A stretch of 64,000 bases of DNA from Pseudomonadota bacterium (GTDB taxonomy: Bacteria; Myxococcota; JACRCW01; JAFGSX01), in assembly GCA_043821645.1 (NCBI GenBank), contig JBDRCO010000072.1, positions 97,069 to 161,068 on the forward strand, read 5' to 3'. The notes below the pieces were generated by a model that saw nothing but the letters and a program-made list of their open reading frames with translations, searched no databases and was not told the origin of the DNA. A program made the translations under genes and the position numbers. Below are positions 38,742 through 48,797 of this stretch, in pieces. Numbering within the stretch: the first letter of the stretch is position 1; each line of letters begins with the position of its first letter.

Positions 38742-39785
38742 ATGCAACGCAACAACATCCTGGTTCTGGCCCTGCTGCTGACCAGCGGCCTGGCCCTGCT
38801 GGTTGGCGTGTTCAGGCTCGCCTCGGCGCCAGCGCCGGCGGAACAGAGCGAGTCTGACGACGTCGAGGGTTTGGTTGGCGAGCTGTGGTCCGGAGGTAAA
38901 GACGCCCGCGACGGCGTGGGCGTGGTCGAGCTCAGCGGCGTGATCCAGTTCGGTAGCGAGGACATGGGTCCCTTCTCGACGGTGTCGCCCACCGACCTGG
39001 CCCTGCGCAAGCTGCGCGCCTTTGCCAAGGACAACAAGGTCAAGGCCGTGGTGCTGAGGGTCAATAGTCCGGGCGGCTCGCTGGCGGCGTCACAGGAGAT
39101 CGCGGACGAGGTCAAGCGCCTGGTCAACGATCTGAAGAAGCCCGTGGTGGTGTCCATGGGCGACGTGGCCGCCTCGGGCGGGTACTACGTGTCGGCGCCG
39201 GCGAGCAAGATCCTGGCGCAGCCCGGCACGCTCACCGGCAGCATCGGCGTCATCACCAGCGGTCTCAACCTGGCCGGCCTGATGGAGAAGCACGGGGTCA
39301 AGGTCAACAGCATCACCAGCGGCCCCAACAAGGACACCCTGGCCTACTGGCGCGAGCCTCGCCCTGACGAGATCGCGCTGATGCAGAAGCTGGTCGACGA
39401 CGCGTACGGTCAGTTCCTGGAACAGGTGGCCACGGGCCGGCACATCGATATTGAGGTGCTCCGACCAAACGCCGATGGCCGCGTTCTTCTCGGCAGCCAG
39501 GCTCTGGAACTCGGGCTGGTCGACGCCCTGGGTTCGTTTCGCGACGCCGTGCGCCTGGCCTGCGAGCTGTCGGGCCTGGACCCCGACGACCCGCACCTGA
39601 TCCGCGACAGCGGCTCGTGGATGGATCGTGTGCGCCTCAACTTCGATTCCCGCCTGGGCTCGTGGCTCGGAGCTCGGGCTCCGGGTACGACGGGCGCCCA
39701 GCTTCTCGCCGCCTCGACCTTGCCCGTGGCCTACCTGTACCTGCCACCAGCCTCGTTGCGCCAGCTGGTCGAGGTGCTGCCGTGA
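38742..39785 (+). CDS. sppA: Signal peptide peptidase SppA (S49, short type)
   Basis: LRVNSPGGS, KPVVVSMGDVAASGGYY, TGSIGV, DGRV..G.QA..LGLVD. Confidence 0.93.
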   Translation: MQRNNILVLALLLTSGLALLVGVFRLASAPAPAEQSESDDVEGLVGELWSGGKDARDGVGVVELSGVIQFGSEDMGPFSTVSPTDLALRKLRAFAKDNKVKAVVLRVNSPGGSLAASQEIADEVKRLVNDLKKPVVVSMGDVAASGGYYVSAPASKILAQPGTLTGSIGVITSGLNLAGLMEKHGVKVNSITSGPNKDTLAYWREPRPDEIALMQKLVDDAYGQFLEQVATGRHIDIEVLRPNADGRVLLGSQALELGLVDALGSFRDAVRLACELSGLDPDDPHLIRDSGSWMDRVRLNFDSRLGSWLGARAPGTTGAQLLAASTLPVAYLYLPPASLRQLVEVLP

Positions 39786-40330
39786 GCCGCGCCCTCGAGC
39801 TGTGTCGACTTCTGGTGGTGGCGCCGGAAGAAGCCGCCCAGTCCGTGCTGCAACGACCCCTGGAGTCGTCCACAGTGGTCCTGCTGCTGTGGGGCGTGTT
39901 CGCCCAGGCCGTGTCCCAGGCCCTGAGTGCAGGCCATGCACCACTCGGTCTGGCAGCAAGCTTCCTTGCCGCCCTGATCGCGGCCAGCGTGGCCATCTTG
40001 CTCGGCGGAGCCCTGATCCACCTGAGCGCGGGCCTGCTCGGAGGCAATGGCAGCGCCGGAGACCTGGTGCGCGTGCTGGCCCTGGTCTACGCCCCCAACA
40101 TTTTTCTGCCAGCATTTGCCCTGGCAGGCGACGGCGCGCTGTTTCTGGCGCGCGTACTGATCGGGCTGTGGCAGCTTTGGATCCTCGTCGTCGGCGTGCG
40201 CGAGGCGCACCGACTGAGCACCTCCACAGCAGCCAGCGCCGTGATCATTCCCGCGGTGTTCCTGCTGTTCGCCCTGCCCCTGGCGGGGATCAGCGTGCTG
40301 ATGCTCGGCCTGCTGTCTGCGATGGGCTGA
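39782..40330 (+). CDS. Yip1-family membrane protein
   Basis: Several TMs with HLSAGLLGGNGS and GVREAHRLS motifs; GTGA overlap with sppA. Confidence 0.75.
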   Translation: MSRALELCRLLVVAPEEAAQSVLQRPLESSTVVLLLWGVFAQAVSQALSAGHAPLGLAASFLAALIAASVAILLGGALIHLSAGLLGGNGSAGDLVRVLALVYAPNIFLPAFALAGDGALFLARVLIGLWQLWILVVGVREAHRLSTSTAASAVIIPAVFLLFALPLAGISVLMLGLLSAMG

Positions 40331-40339
40331 GCGCGTCGC

Positions 40340-41281
40340 TCACAACAGCGCGGTCGAGAAGTAGCGCTCGGCGCGGTCGGGCAGGATCGTGGCCACCCTG
40401 GACCTGGGTCCCAGCCGTTCGGCGACGATGCGCGCGGCAAACACATTGGCGCCGGCCGAGGTCCCGACCAGCAGGCCCTGGGCGCGCGCCAGCTTGCGCG
40501 TGGTGTACACCGCGTCATCGTCGGAGACGGTCACCACCTCGTCGATGATGCGCGGGTCGAGCACCTTGGGCACGAAGCCATCACCGATGCCCTGGATCTG
40601 GTGGATCACGTGCAGGCCGGGCTCGATGCCAAGCAGCGCCGAGAAGCCGTCGGGCTCCACCGCCACCAGCGTGACCTCGGGGTTCTTCTGCTTGAGGAAG
40701 CTGCCCACGCCCTGCAAGGTGCCACCCGAGCCCACTCCAGCGACAAAGGCGTCGACGCGGCCATCCATCTGCTGCCACAGCTCGGGTCCGGTGGTCTGGA
40801 AGTGGATCTCGGGGTTGTGTGGGTTGTCGAACTGACCCACACGCCAGACGTTCTTGTTGAGGGCCACCAGCTCCTCGAGCCGCCGCACGGAGCCTTCGAT
40901 GCTCTGCTCGGTGGGCGTCAGGATCAGATCAGCGCCAAGGGCGCGGATCAGCTTCTTGCGTTCCTCGCTCATGGACTCGGGCATCACCACCACCACCCGG
41001 TAGCCCTTGCAGCGCCCGACCATCGCAACACCTATGCCGGTGTTTCCCGAGGTGGCCTCGGCGATGATCATGCCCTTGCGCAGATCTCCCTTGGCCTCGG
41101 CCTGCTCGATCATGTGCTTGGCCACGCGGTCCTTGACCGAGCCCCCCGGATTGAGGAATTCGGCCTTGCCGAACACGGAGCCGGTGCGCTCGCCCGGCTC
41201 ATCGATGTGGACCATCGGCGTGTTGCCGATGAGCTGTAAGACGCCCGTGGCCTGGCTCCGCACGTGCTCGATGACGTTCAT
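40340..41281 (-). CDS. cysK: Cysteine synthase
   Basis: IGNTPMV, NPGGSVKDR, EATSGNTG, GVGSGGT, QGIG, DRAERYFST. Confidence 0.93.
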   Translation of the reverse strand: MNVIEHVRSQATGVLQLIGNTPMVHIDEPGERTGSVFGKAEFLNPGGSVKDRVAKHMIEQAEAKGDLRKGMIIAEATSGNTGIGVAMVGRCKGYRVVVVMPESMSEERKKLIRALGADLILTPTEQSIEGSVRRLEELVALNKNVWRVGQFDNPHNPEIHFQTTGPELWQQMDGRVDAFVAGVGSGGTLQGVGSFLKQKNPEVTLVAVEPDGFSALLGIEPGLHVIHQIQGIGDGFVPKVLDPRIIDEVVTVSDDDAVYTTRKLARAQGLLVGTSAGANVFAARIVAERLGPRSRVATILPDRAERYFSTALL

Positions 41282-41387
41282 GCTGTACTCCCGCAGCGGG
41301 GGAAAAACCTGCCGCGCTTTCGCTGCGATGAGCCTATCGCGAGTTGAGCTGCCCGGAGAGTGAAGATTGCACACGCTGGGTCCCGAC

Positions 41388-41807
41388 TCAGCGTCGCCGA
41401 CCCCGGATCAGCAGCACGGCGAGGACACACAGCAGCGCCAGGCCGCCGGACCGAGGAACAGCGCTGCATCCTCCCGCCACTGCCGTGCCCTCGTCGTCGA
41501 CGGTCCCCGCGAGACCGGGGTCCATTTCCGGCTCCAGGGTCTCCACGTCGATGCCGCTTGCGGCGTCGTCCACCGAGGCCTCGGCGGCGTCGGGACTCGC
41601 CCCGCCATCTCCGCCGCCATCGAAGACGGGCGGCATTCCTGCGTCGGCCTCGCCGGTCGCATCCGCCGAGCCATTCGAATCCGTTCCGGCGCCGGTGTCC
41701 GCAGCGAGGTTGGCATCCACAAGACCGGCATCAGGTGCCACGCAGGTCCCCTCGTCGACCAGGCCATCCCCGTCGTCGTCCCGGCCATTGCACCGCTCCA
41801 CACCCCC
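41388..41807 (-). other. Out-of-frame C-terminal segment (CNGRDDDGDGLVDE motif, acidic linker, MYXO-CTERM-like tail) of the preceding gene
   Basis: In the +1 frame: VERCNGRDDDGDGLVDEGTC...GGCSAVPRSGGLALLCVLAVLLIRGRRR*. Confidence 0.8.
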
Positions 41808-43815
41808 GCCGCGGTCCCGCGAAGCGCAGCGTGCTGTAGTACTTGAGACTGCCCCAGCCCACCTCGTCCGTGAGTGCTGGGCCCATGATCGCGGCCGAGA
41901 ACCCGCTGCCCGTGGAGCGGTAGCAGCGCACACCAGCCGAGCCGCGCGCGCACAGATCGGCCTTGCCGTCCCCGTCGAGGTCACCCAGGCGCAGACTGCT
42001 GTAGTAGGTGTGGAAGTTCCAACCCGAGGCGTCGCTGAGTGTGGGTCCGTCAACGCGCTCGCCGAAACTCGAGCCCAGCCACTTCCAGCAATACACCCGC
42101 GCGTTGGCACGGGCGCACAGGTCCAGGTCGCCGTCACCGTCGATGTCTCCCAGGCGCAGGCTGGCGTAGTTGCCGTGATCACGCCAGCCCGAGCTGTCAG
42201 CCATGCCAGGTCCCGCGGTGGCAGGGACGAAACCTCTCCCCGTCGACAGGTGGCACTCGAAGCTGGCGCTGCCTCGACCACACAGGTCCGCCTTGCCGTC
42301 GTTGTCGATGTCGGCCAGGCGTATGGTGCTCCAGTAGGGCACCTGGGCCCAGCCGGAGGCATCACTCCAGGCCGGACCGTTGATCAGGGTCGGGAAGCCC
42401 ACACCGTCGGACAGCCAGCACTGCATGCGGTTGTTGCTGCGTGCACAGACGTCCTCCTTGCCGTCGCCATCGACGTCGCCCATGCGGATGGTGCCGAAGT
42501 GATCCTCGGTGTTCCAGCCGTTGGCGTCTGATAGAGCCGGACCGCTGATGGCGGCGCCAAATCCACTGCCGGTCGAGGGATAGCAACGAAAACCCGCGGC
42601 GGCCCGGGCGCAGAGGTCGTCCCTGCCGTCGCCATTGATGTCTGCAAGGCGCAGGGTCGAGAAGTACTGCGGCTTGCTCCAGCCCGACGCGTCAGACAGG
42701 GCCGGTCCGTCCTGGCGGGGCGCGAAGCCACTGCCCGTGGAGCGCCAGCACGAGAAGCCCGCATCGCGCCGTGCGCACACGTCGCCCAGGCCGTCGCCGT
42801 CCACGTCGCCAATGCGCAGGGTGGCGAAGTTGGTCTCGTCGTCAAAGCCCGAGGCGTTGGACAGATCGCCCAGCTGCCAGCGCGCACCGAAGCCACTGCC
42901 CGTCGAGGGGTAGCACAGCAAGCCACCCGAGGAGCGAGCACACAGGTCGGCCTGGCCGTCGCCGTCGAGGTCGGTGGAGCGTGCATCGTCCTGCTGGTGC
43001 GCCTGAAGGACCACCTCGTCGACGGACCAGTCGCAGGACCCGGGGTTGCCGCTACCGGTGGCGTGCACGGCCAGGTGATTGCCCACCACCCGCTCGCTTC
43101 CGTCCGACGGATGATTGACCACGCCGGAGCCACGGAGCCACATGGTGGTCGAGCCTCCGCCGTCGAGATTGATCGCGGTCCAGGCTCCCAGACCCTTCAT
43201 CAGGGTGCCGAGCTCGGCGCAGGTCATACCGATGCTCGCGCTGGTGCGCCCATCGACCACTGCCAGGAACAGGGTCTGTCTATCGCGGGAGAAACCCGCG
43301 GCGGTGCGCGGGTGGCGCTGGGAGCAGTCGGAGCGGTTGAAGCTCGCCGGCACGCCACCGTCCTGCACGAGGATGGGTCGTCCTCCCACCGCCTGCTGGA
43401 CCCAGGACGGCACGCTGCTCAGGGTGCTTAGGTTGACCAGCGCCGTGTCATCCCCGAACACCAGCTCCAGCGACCCACTGCGGTCCGGCTTCCACACGTG
43501 GCCGTTGCCCACCGCGAGATCCGTCGGGAAGTAATCGGTGTAGCTGAAGAAATCGCCGTTGATCGCAGCCTCGGCGCCCACCAGATTGGCAAAGGATGAG
43601 GTGGTGCGACGGTGCTGGCTCTCGTCGGTGGCCTGCAGGCGGACCCCGCGGGCGCACAGGTCAATCTTGAGCGCGTGGATGCGCCAGGGATTGCTGGTGC
43701 TGCGCGTCAGATGGCGAATCCCGGGATGCGGTGTGGTCCAGGTGTCGGTGGCGCGGACAGGAACGACCAGCAGCAGCACAGGAAGGATCGCGAGAACACT
43801 GTTCCGGGGTTTCAT
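41731..43815 (-). CDS. Secreted phosphodiester glycosidase (NAGPA/DUF2233) with 7 FG-GAP-like repeats; frameshifted before its C-terminal anchor
   Basis: AAINGDFF, HPRTAAG, VVDGR, NLDGGGST; seven DxDGDGxxDxCAR repeats. Frame drifts near 41800. Confidence 0.85.
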   Translation of the reverse strand: MKPRNSVLAILPVLLLVVPVRATDTWTTPHPGIRHLTRSTSNPWRIHALKIDLCARGVRLQATDESQHRRTTSSFANLVGAEAAINGDFFSYTDYFPTDLAVGNGHVWKPDRSGSLELVFGDDTALVNLSTLSSVPSWVQQAVGGRPILVQDGGVPASFNRSDCSQRHPRTAAGFSRDRQTLFLAVVDGRTSASIGMTCAELGTLMKGLGAWTAINLDGGGSTTMWLRGSGVVNHPSDGSERVVGNHLAVHATGSGNPGSCDWSVDEVVLQAHQQDDARSTDLDGDGQADLCARSSGGLLCYPSTGSGFGARWQLGDLSNASGFDDETNFATLRIGDVDGDGLGDVCARRDAGFSCWRSTGSGFAPRQDGPALSDASGWSKPQYFSTLRLADINGDGRDDLCARAAAGFRCYPSTGSGFGAAISGPALSDANGWNTEDHFGTIRMGDVDGDGKEDVCARSNNRMQCWLSDGVGFPTLINGPAWSDASGWAQVPYWSTIRLADIDNDGKADLCGRGSASFECHLSTGRGFVPATAGPGMADSSGWRDHGNYASLRLGDIDGDGDLDLCARANARVYCWKWLGSSFGERVDGPTLSDASGWNFHTYYSSLRLGDLDGDGKADLCARGSAGVRCYRSTGSGFSAAIMGPALTDEVGWGSLKYYSTLRFAGPRRGCGAVQWPGRRRGWPGRRGDLRGT

Positions 43816-43920
43816 GTTCCAGATTTCAGCAGGCGCGAGCGCACCCGCCATCCGTCAAGCGGGGGAGGGTCGGACAGAGGGAGGAGGATGAGACGGCCAG
43901 GTGCCGACCCCGGCTGATGG

Positions 43921-44601
43921 TCAGCGCTGCGGGGCGCGAACCCGCCGTTGCACCTCGTCCCGGGTGGCGCGGGCCACCATCATGGCCGTGGTGATGGTGA
44001 CCCCGGTCATGAACTCCGGCTCATCGCGGAACATGCTCCCGAGCCCCCATCCGAGCTGGGTGAGATCCGTGTACGTGGTGTAGAAGCACAGCGTCCGCGG
44101 TCCCGCCGCCACCAGCTCCCAGCGGCCACGGGTTCCTGGAAGCTCACCGTCAACCTGCCAGAAGCTCACCCGAGTCGGCGGATCCAGGCGGTGCGCCAGG
44201 GTGTAGTGAACCTCGATGGCGGGCAGGCGCCACACGCGCATGGCCACGGTCTGCTGCACGCGCACAGTGCCTGCGGGGCTGCCATCGAGCACCTTCGCCT
44301 CGGTGTTCTGAGGCATGAAGCTTGGGTAGTGCTCGAAGTCGGTGATGGTCTGCCACACACGATCTACGGGCGCGTCCACCAGCACACCGGCGGTCACCTC
44401 GCGCAGTGTGCCGTCGGCCTGGCGCGCGACCAGCACCAGCTCCCCCTGACGCAGGAGGTCCTGCACTGCGCTGGCCGGCAGAGCGGGCAGACCCTTGTCG
44501 ACGGGGGACGAGGGCTGCGAACTCGCCGCGCCGAGGATCAGCAGACCGCACCCCAGCACCATGAACACGGCGTGCCGGGTGGCACCGGACCCGACGCTCA
44601 T
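43921..44601 (-). CDS. SRPBCC/START-family protein
   Basis: VDAPVDRVWQTITDFEHYPSFMP, GRWEL; N-terminal signal. Confidence 0.85.
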   Translation of the reverse strand: MSVGSGATRHAVFMVLGCGLLILGAASSQPSSPVDKGLPALPASAVQDLLRQGELVLVARQADGTLREVTAGVLVDAPVDRVWQTITDFEHYPSFMPQNTEAKVLDGSPAGTVRVQQTVAMRVWRLPAIEVHYTLAHRLDPPTRVSFWQVDGELPGTRGRWELVAAGPRTLCFYTTYTDLTQLGWGLGSMFRDEPEFMTGVTITTAMMVARATRDEVQRRVRAPQR

Positions 44602-46034
44602 GACGGCGCCGTCACGGCGTGCAGGCGTTCGCGCACCACATCGCGCAGCAGGCGCAGGCTGTCGTCGTCACCAGGCTCCAGCGCGTCGATGACCGACACA
44701 AGACCATTCATCTCGGGTCGCGCATGACTGGCCAGGACGCCGAGCGCCGCACCGCGTACAGAGACGTCGCGGGCAGAGAGCAAGGCCGCCACTCGATCGG
44801 CATCGTCGACGGAGAGTTGCGACGAGGAACCGTGCAGACGATCCAGGACACCCAGGGCCGCTGTCACACGTTCGGGCTCACCGCTGCGAAGGTGAGCGCG
44901 TGCCAGGGGAAGCAGTGCATCGCGAAAAGGTCCGTCGAGGGGCAGCGGCGACAGCGGACCGGTCAGGGAGCGCAGCAGCGGCGCCTGGCACCGGGGCGTC
45001 GCCCGCGCGAGCCGGTCGATGAGTGCGTCGACCTGAGCGTCGGGCACGCCGGTGCGAGACAGCGCGCGAGCGGCCTCCTCGGCGACAAAGCTGTCCCTGT
45101 CGTCGAGCATGGGCAGCAGCGCCGCGACAGATTCTGTGAAGGCCAGGCAGCCCAGGGCCGCAGCCGTGCCCGCCCGCACGAAGCGATCGGGATCGTGCGT
45201 GAGCTCGGTGAGATCGTCGACAATGTGCTGCTCGCTCCCGGTGAGACTGCTGGCCAGGGCGCGCAGGGCCATGGCGCGCAGGTCTGCGGCGGCAGGACCG
45301 TCCCCACCCGAGGCCGCGAGCAACAGCAGGGCGCCACTGGCCTCGGGCGCAGGCCGCTGCAACAACAGACGCACGGCGGTCGAGCGAACGGCGAGCACGG
45401 GATCACCCAGCGCTTCGATGAGCACGGTCTGACCACGAGGCCCTGCCTGCAACAGCTCCTGCTCGGCTCTGGCGCGCTGGCTGGCCACCGCGTGAGCAGC
45501 CTGGCGCAGGGCGTGCCGCAGGTCCGCATCATCGGCCCCCGAGACCAGCTCGGCGAAGCTCGACAGGTCCTCGGGCTCCACCTCGATGCTCGTCAGCGCC
45601 GCCGCCGGCATCGCCGCAGGTTGCGGGCTGGCGATGCCATCGAGTGCCCGCTGGGCCGCCGCACGCACGTCCAGGTCGTCATCGCGCGTCAGATCGCGCA
45701 GGCGTTGGCGGTCTCCCTCGTCATGCCAGCTCGCATCCGCCAGGTCCGCCGCAGCTCCGAGCAGGATCGCACGCAGGTCGGCATGCGTCTCGGCTGTCGC
45801 GGCCTGCACCAGTGCCGGGCGAGCCTCGAGGTCCCGCAACGCCGCGAGCAGCAGGGCAGCCTGGGCCACCAGCAGGGGGCGTTCGCCGAGCTGCAGGGCG
45901 TTGCGCAACAGGGGCCTGGCAAGTTCGGCCTTCTCCTGCAGGGCCTGCTCCGCGGCCTGGCGTCGTTCTGGATGGGTCGCATCCAGATCGTTGATCCAGC
46001 GCACGACCTCGTCGGTGGGATCGGGCTTGCTCAT
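44598..46034 (-). CDS. HEAT-repeat protein
   Basis: Repeated D.D..VR..A..AL units. Confidence 0.82.
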   Translation of the reverse strand: MSKPDPTDEVVRWINDLDATHPERRQAAEQALQEKAELARPLLRNALQLGERPLLVAQAALLLAALRDLEARPALVQAATAETHADLRAILLGAAADLADASWHDEGDRQRLRDLTRDDDLDVRAAAQRALDGIASPQPAAMPAAALTSIEVEPEDLSSFAELVSGADDADLRHALRQAAHAVASQRARAEQELLQAGPRGQTVLIEALGDPVLAVRSTAVRLLLQRPAPEASGALLLLAASGGDGPAAADLRAMALRALASSLTGSEQHIVDDLTELTHDPDRFVRAGTAAALGCLAFTESVAALLPMLDDRDSFVAEEAARALSRTGVPDAQVDALIDRLARATPRCQAPLLRSLTGPLSPLPLDGPFRDALLPLARAHLRSGEPERVTAALGVLDRLHGSSSQLSVDDADRVAALLSARDVSVRGAALGVLASHARPEMNGLVSVIDALEPGDDDSLRLLRDVVRERLHAVTAPS

Positions 46035-46130
46035 GGCGGTCTGTGTAGCACGAAGCGCGCAGGGCTCCAATGCGACCTGCCAGTACGGGCGTGCGTGGTA
46101 TATCTCGACCCGTCCTGCCAAGAGGTGCCC

Positions 46131-46895
46131 ATGCGCGTCATCACCTGGAACGTCAACGGCGTCCGAGCTGTCCTCGGCAAGGGGCTCAAGCCCTGGAGCA
46201 TTGTCCCAAAATGCGACGTGGTGTGCATTCAGGAGACCAAGGCCCAACCCGACCAACTTGACGCGGACGTGGTGACACCACGCAACTGGCACGGCTTCTG
46301 GCACTCGGCCCAGAAGAAGGGCTACTCGGGTGTGGCCACCTTCTGCCGCGCTCAGCCAGACGAGGTGGTCGAGGGCCTGGGTGATCGCCGCTTCGACGAC
46401 GAAGGCCGCGTGCTGGCCGTGCGCTTTGGTGAGCTGGTGGTGGTCAACGCCTACTTTCCGAATAGCCAGGACGAGGGCCGGCGGCTCGACTACAAGCTGG
46501 CGTTCTGCGCCTCGGTCGAAGAATTATTACGCGTCTGGCAGAGCAAGGGCTGCGAGGTGTTGCTGGTCGGTGACTACAACATCGCGCACCAGCCCATGGA
46601 CCTCGCCAGACCTAAGCAGAACGAGAAGAACGCGGGCTACCTTCCCGAGGAGCGCGCCTGGTTCAGCCATTACCTGTCCCTGGGCTATCGCGACGTGTTT
46701 CGCGAGCGCTACCCCGAGCGGGAAGGTGCCTACACCTGGTGGAGCTACCGCGGTGGCGCGCGCGCGAAGAACGTGGGGTGGAGACTGGACTACGGCACCA
46801 CCACGCATGCTCTCGCGGATCGCGTGGCCGACATCATCATCCACCCCGACCTCGAGGGCAGCGATCACTGTCCGGTGCGCATCGAGCTGCGCTAG
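46131..46895 (+). CDS. xth: Exodeoxyribonuclease III
   Basis: TWNVNGVRA, IQETK, GYSGV, GDYNIAH, YTWWSYR, GWRLDY, SDHCP. Confidence 0.95.
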   Translation: MRVITWNVNGVRAVLGKGLKPWSIVPKCDVVCIQETKAQPDQLDADVVTPRNWHGFWHSAQKKGYSGVATFCRAQPDEVVEGLGDRRFDDEGRVLAVRFGELVVVNAYFPNSQDEGRRLDYKLAFCASVEELLRVWQSKGCEVLLVGDYNIAHQPMDLARPKQNEKNAGYLPEERAWFSHYLSLGYRDVFRERYPEREGAYTWWSYRGGARAKNVGWRLDYGTTTHALADRVADIIIHPDLEGSDHCPVRIELR

Positions 46896-47000
46896 ATCGA
46901 TGTCACCTTTCTGTGGATTCCATGGTGTTGGGCACCCCGCGATGGCTGCCCCCGGGGAGCTGTGGAGACGCGGTATACGCAAAGGCTCGTCGCCAGGGTC

Positions 47001-48311
47001 TCAGGGGCTGGCGAGCGCGGTCTGACGCACGCTGAACAGCGCGAGAAAGAAGCCATCGCCATCGTGGCGGTGCGGCCACAGGGTGAGCATGTGGGCCTCG
47101 GCGCCCAGGGCGCCGGCCAGCGCGCCAAGAGTGTGCGTCAAGGGCACGGGCACCAGAGGTGAGGTGCGCAGGACCTGCTCCACCACCTGTTCGTTCTCGC
47201 GTCGCCGCAGCGAGCAGGTGGTGTAAAGCAACAGCCCACCAGGCCTAAGCAAGCGCGCGGCCTGCCGGACCAGCACGGCCTGGTCCTGGGCAAGGCGCTC
47301 GATGTCCTCGGATCCATAGCGCCACAGCAAGTCAGGGTGACGACGGACAGTGCCCAGACCCGAGCAGGGCGCGTCCACCAGCACGCGATCGAACTGAGCA
47401 CGCAGTTCCGGCGGGCAGGGCTCACGCCAGTCGTGGCGCTGCGTGCTCAGGGAACACGGTACGCCTCCTTCTTCGAGTCGGTGCTGCGCCTGCCGAAGAC
47501 GCCGCGCGTCGAGATCCATGAGCAGCAGGCGACCCGTTCTCGTCAGTTGTTCTGCAATGGCCAGGGCCTTGCCTCCACCGCCCGCGCAGGTGTCGACGAC
47601 GTGCAGCCCAGGCTGCACCCCCAGTGCGCGCACCGCGACCTGGCTCGAGCTGTCCTGCACCGCGACGAGGGCAGGCGTGAGCCGGGGATGCGCCTCGAGG
47701 CGAAGGGGGCTGTCGACGAGGACAGCCTGGGGCACCAGCGCATGGGTCCGGGCTTGCACGCCCTCGGCCTGGAGCAGGGCCAGGACCTCATCGACAGGGT
47801 GGGGTGGTCGCACGCGCAGCGCCAGCGGAGCGCGTTGACAAAGAGCCTCGACCGCCGCGTCCGCCTCAGTCTCGCCCAGGCGCTCCTTCAGCTCCTCCAG
47901 CACAGAAGGCGGAAAGCCTGGCTGCGCGGTGGAAATGCTGGCGTCACCCAGCTCCGCTTCAAGCGCGCTGCACAGATGCGACTCCAGGAACTCGCGCACC
48001 TGGGCTCTGACCTCGTCGTCACCGAGAAGGGCGTAGACCACCAATAGGCGGTCCCGCAGATCGGGCCGCCGCGCCTGCACCGGAAGGCGCTCGATCACAC
48101 TCTCGACCCGGGCCTCAATGGCATCCCGCTCCCGAGCGTAGACAAACAGCCAGTCTTCGATCTGACGTCGCCGGGTCGAGGTCACGCCACGCAAGGTCTT
48201 CTGGTGCCGCTGCAGCACGCGGCGCAAGGGTTCGCCCGCGTGGCGCCACTCGAGCGCCACGTCGACGAAGCTCTGCACGGCGAGGGGGAGGCGTCGGGGT
48301 GTACCGGGCAT
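47001..48311 (-). CDS. RsmB/NOP family RNA m5C methyltransferase
   Basis: QDSSSQ, DTCAGGGGK, VLVDAPCSGLG, YTTCSL...EN, DGFF. Confidence 0.92.
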   Translation of the reverse strand: MPGTPRRLPLAVQSFVDVALEWRHAGEPLRRVLQRHQKTLRGVTSTRRRQIEDWLFVYARERDAIEARVESVIERLPVQARRPDLRDRLLVVYALLGDDEVRAQVREFLESHLCSALEAELGDASISTAQPGFPPSVLEELKERLGETEADAAVEALCQRAPLALRVRPPHPVDEVLALLQAEGVQARTHALVPQAVLVDSPLRLEAHPRLTPALVAVQDSSSQVAVRALGVQPGLHVVDTCAGGGGKALAIAEQLTRTGRLLLMDLDARRLRQAQHRLEEGGVPCSLSTQRHDWREPCPPELRAQFDRVLVDAPCSGLGTVRRHPDLLWRYGSEDIERLAQDQAVLVRQAARLLRPGGLLLYTTCSLRRRENEQVVEQVLRTSPLVPVPLTHTLGALAGALGAEAHMLTLWPHRHDGDGFFLALFSVRQTALASP

Positions 48312-48323
48312 CGAGGACAGTGG

Positions 48324-48725
48324 TCAGCTCTTGTCGTCGTCGTTGCTGGCGAACACATCTCCATCTTCGGCCTGCTTGCTGCTCTTGATCTCGTCGGCAT
48401 CCAGCACCACGCCGCGCAGCAGTCCGGTCATCTCGAGAGCGGTCATGTCCAGCACGTCGGCAATCTCCTCGCGCTTGGCCGCGTGACCGCTTGCCGCCAG
48501 GCTGGCGCCGCGCACAGCTTGCTCGGCGGCCGTGAAGCCCTGCTCGACCCAGGGTGGGCAGGCATTGCCGGCACAGCCGCACATGCCCCAGGCGTGAGTC
48601 TGCACCTCGTTGTAGCTGTGTCCACTGCTCTTCTCGACGCTGCCCTTGAGCTCACGTACCTGCTCGAGGCTGAGGGTGGTGATCTGAGCAGCCAATCGGG
48701 CGCGGCGTTGTTCTGCGATGGGCAT
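48324..48725 (-). CDS. Hypothetical protein with CGCxxxxC motif
   Basis: GGAGG RBS, coding bias, lies in an operon-like run. Confidence 0.7.
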   Translation of the reverse strand: MPIAEQRRARLAAQITTLSLEQVRELKGSVEKSSGHSYNEVQTHAWGMCGCAGNACPPWVEQGFTAAEQAVRGASLAASGHAAKREEIADVLDMTALEMTGLLRGVVLDADEIKSSKQAEDGDVFASNDDDKS

Positions 48726-48797
48726 TCACCCTCCAGCTCGTGCAGTCCGCCGAGTCGATCGCGGTCTGCGCGACCCCCAGTATATAGCACGCCCGGA

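Noticed and set aside
44619-46130. Apparent large N-terminal fusions on xth (similarly on the histidine kinase, YqgE, PilZ and App1 ORFs)
   Set aside because: These extensions overlap other real genes; internal starts with an RBS or stop/start overlap explain them.
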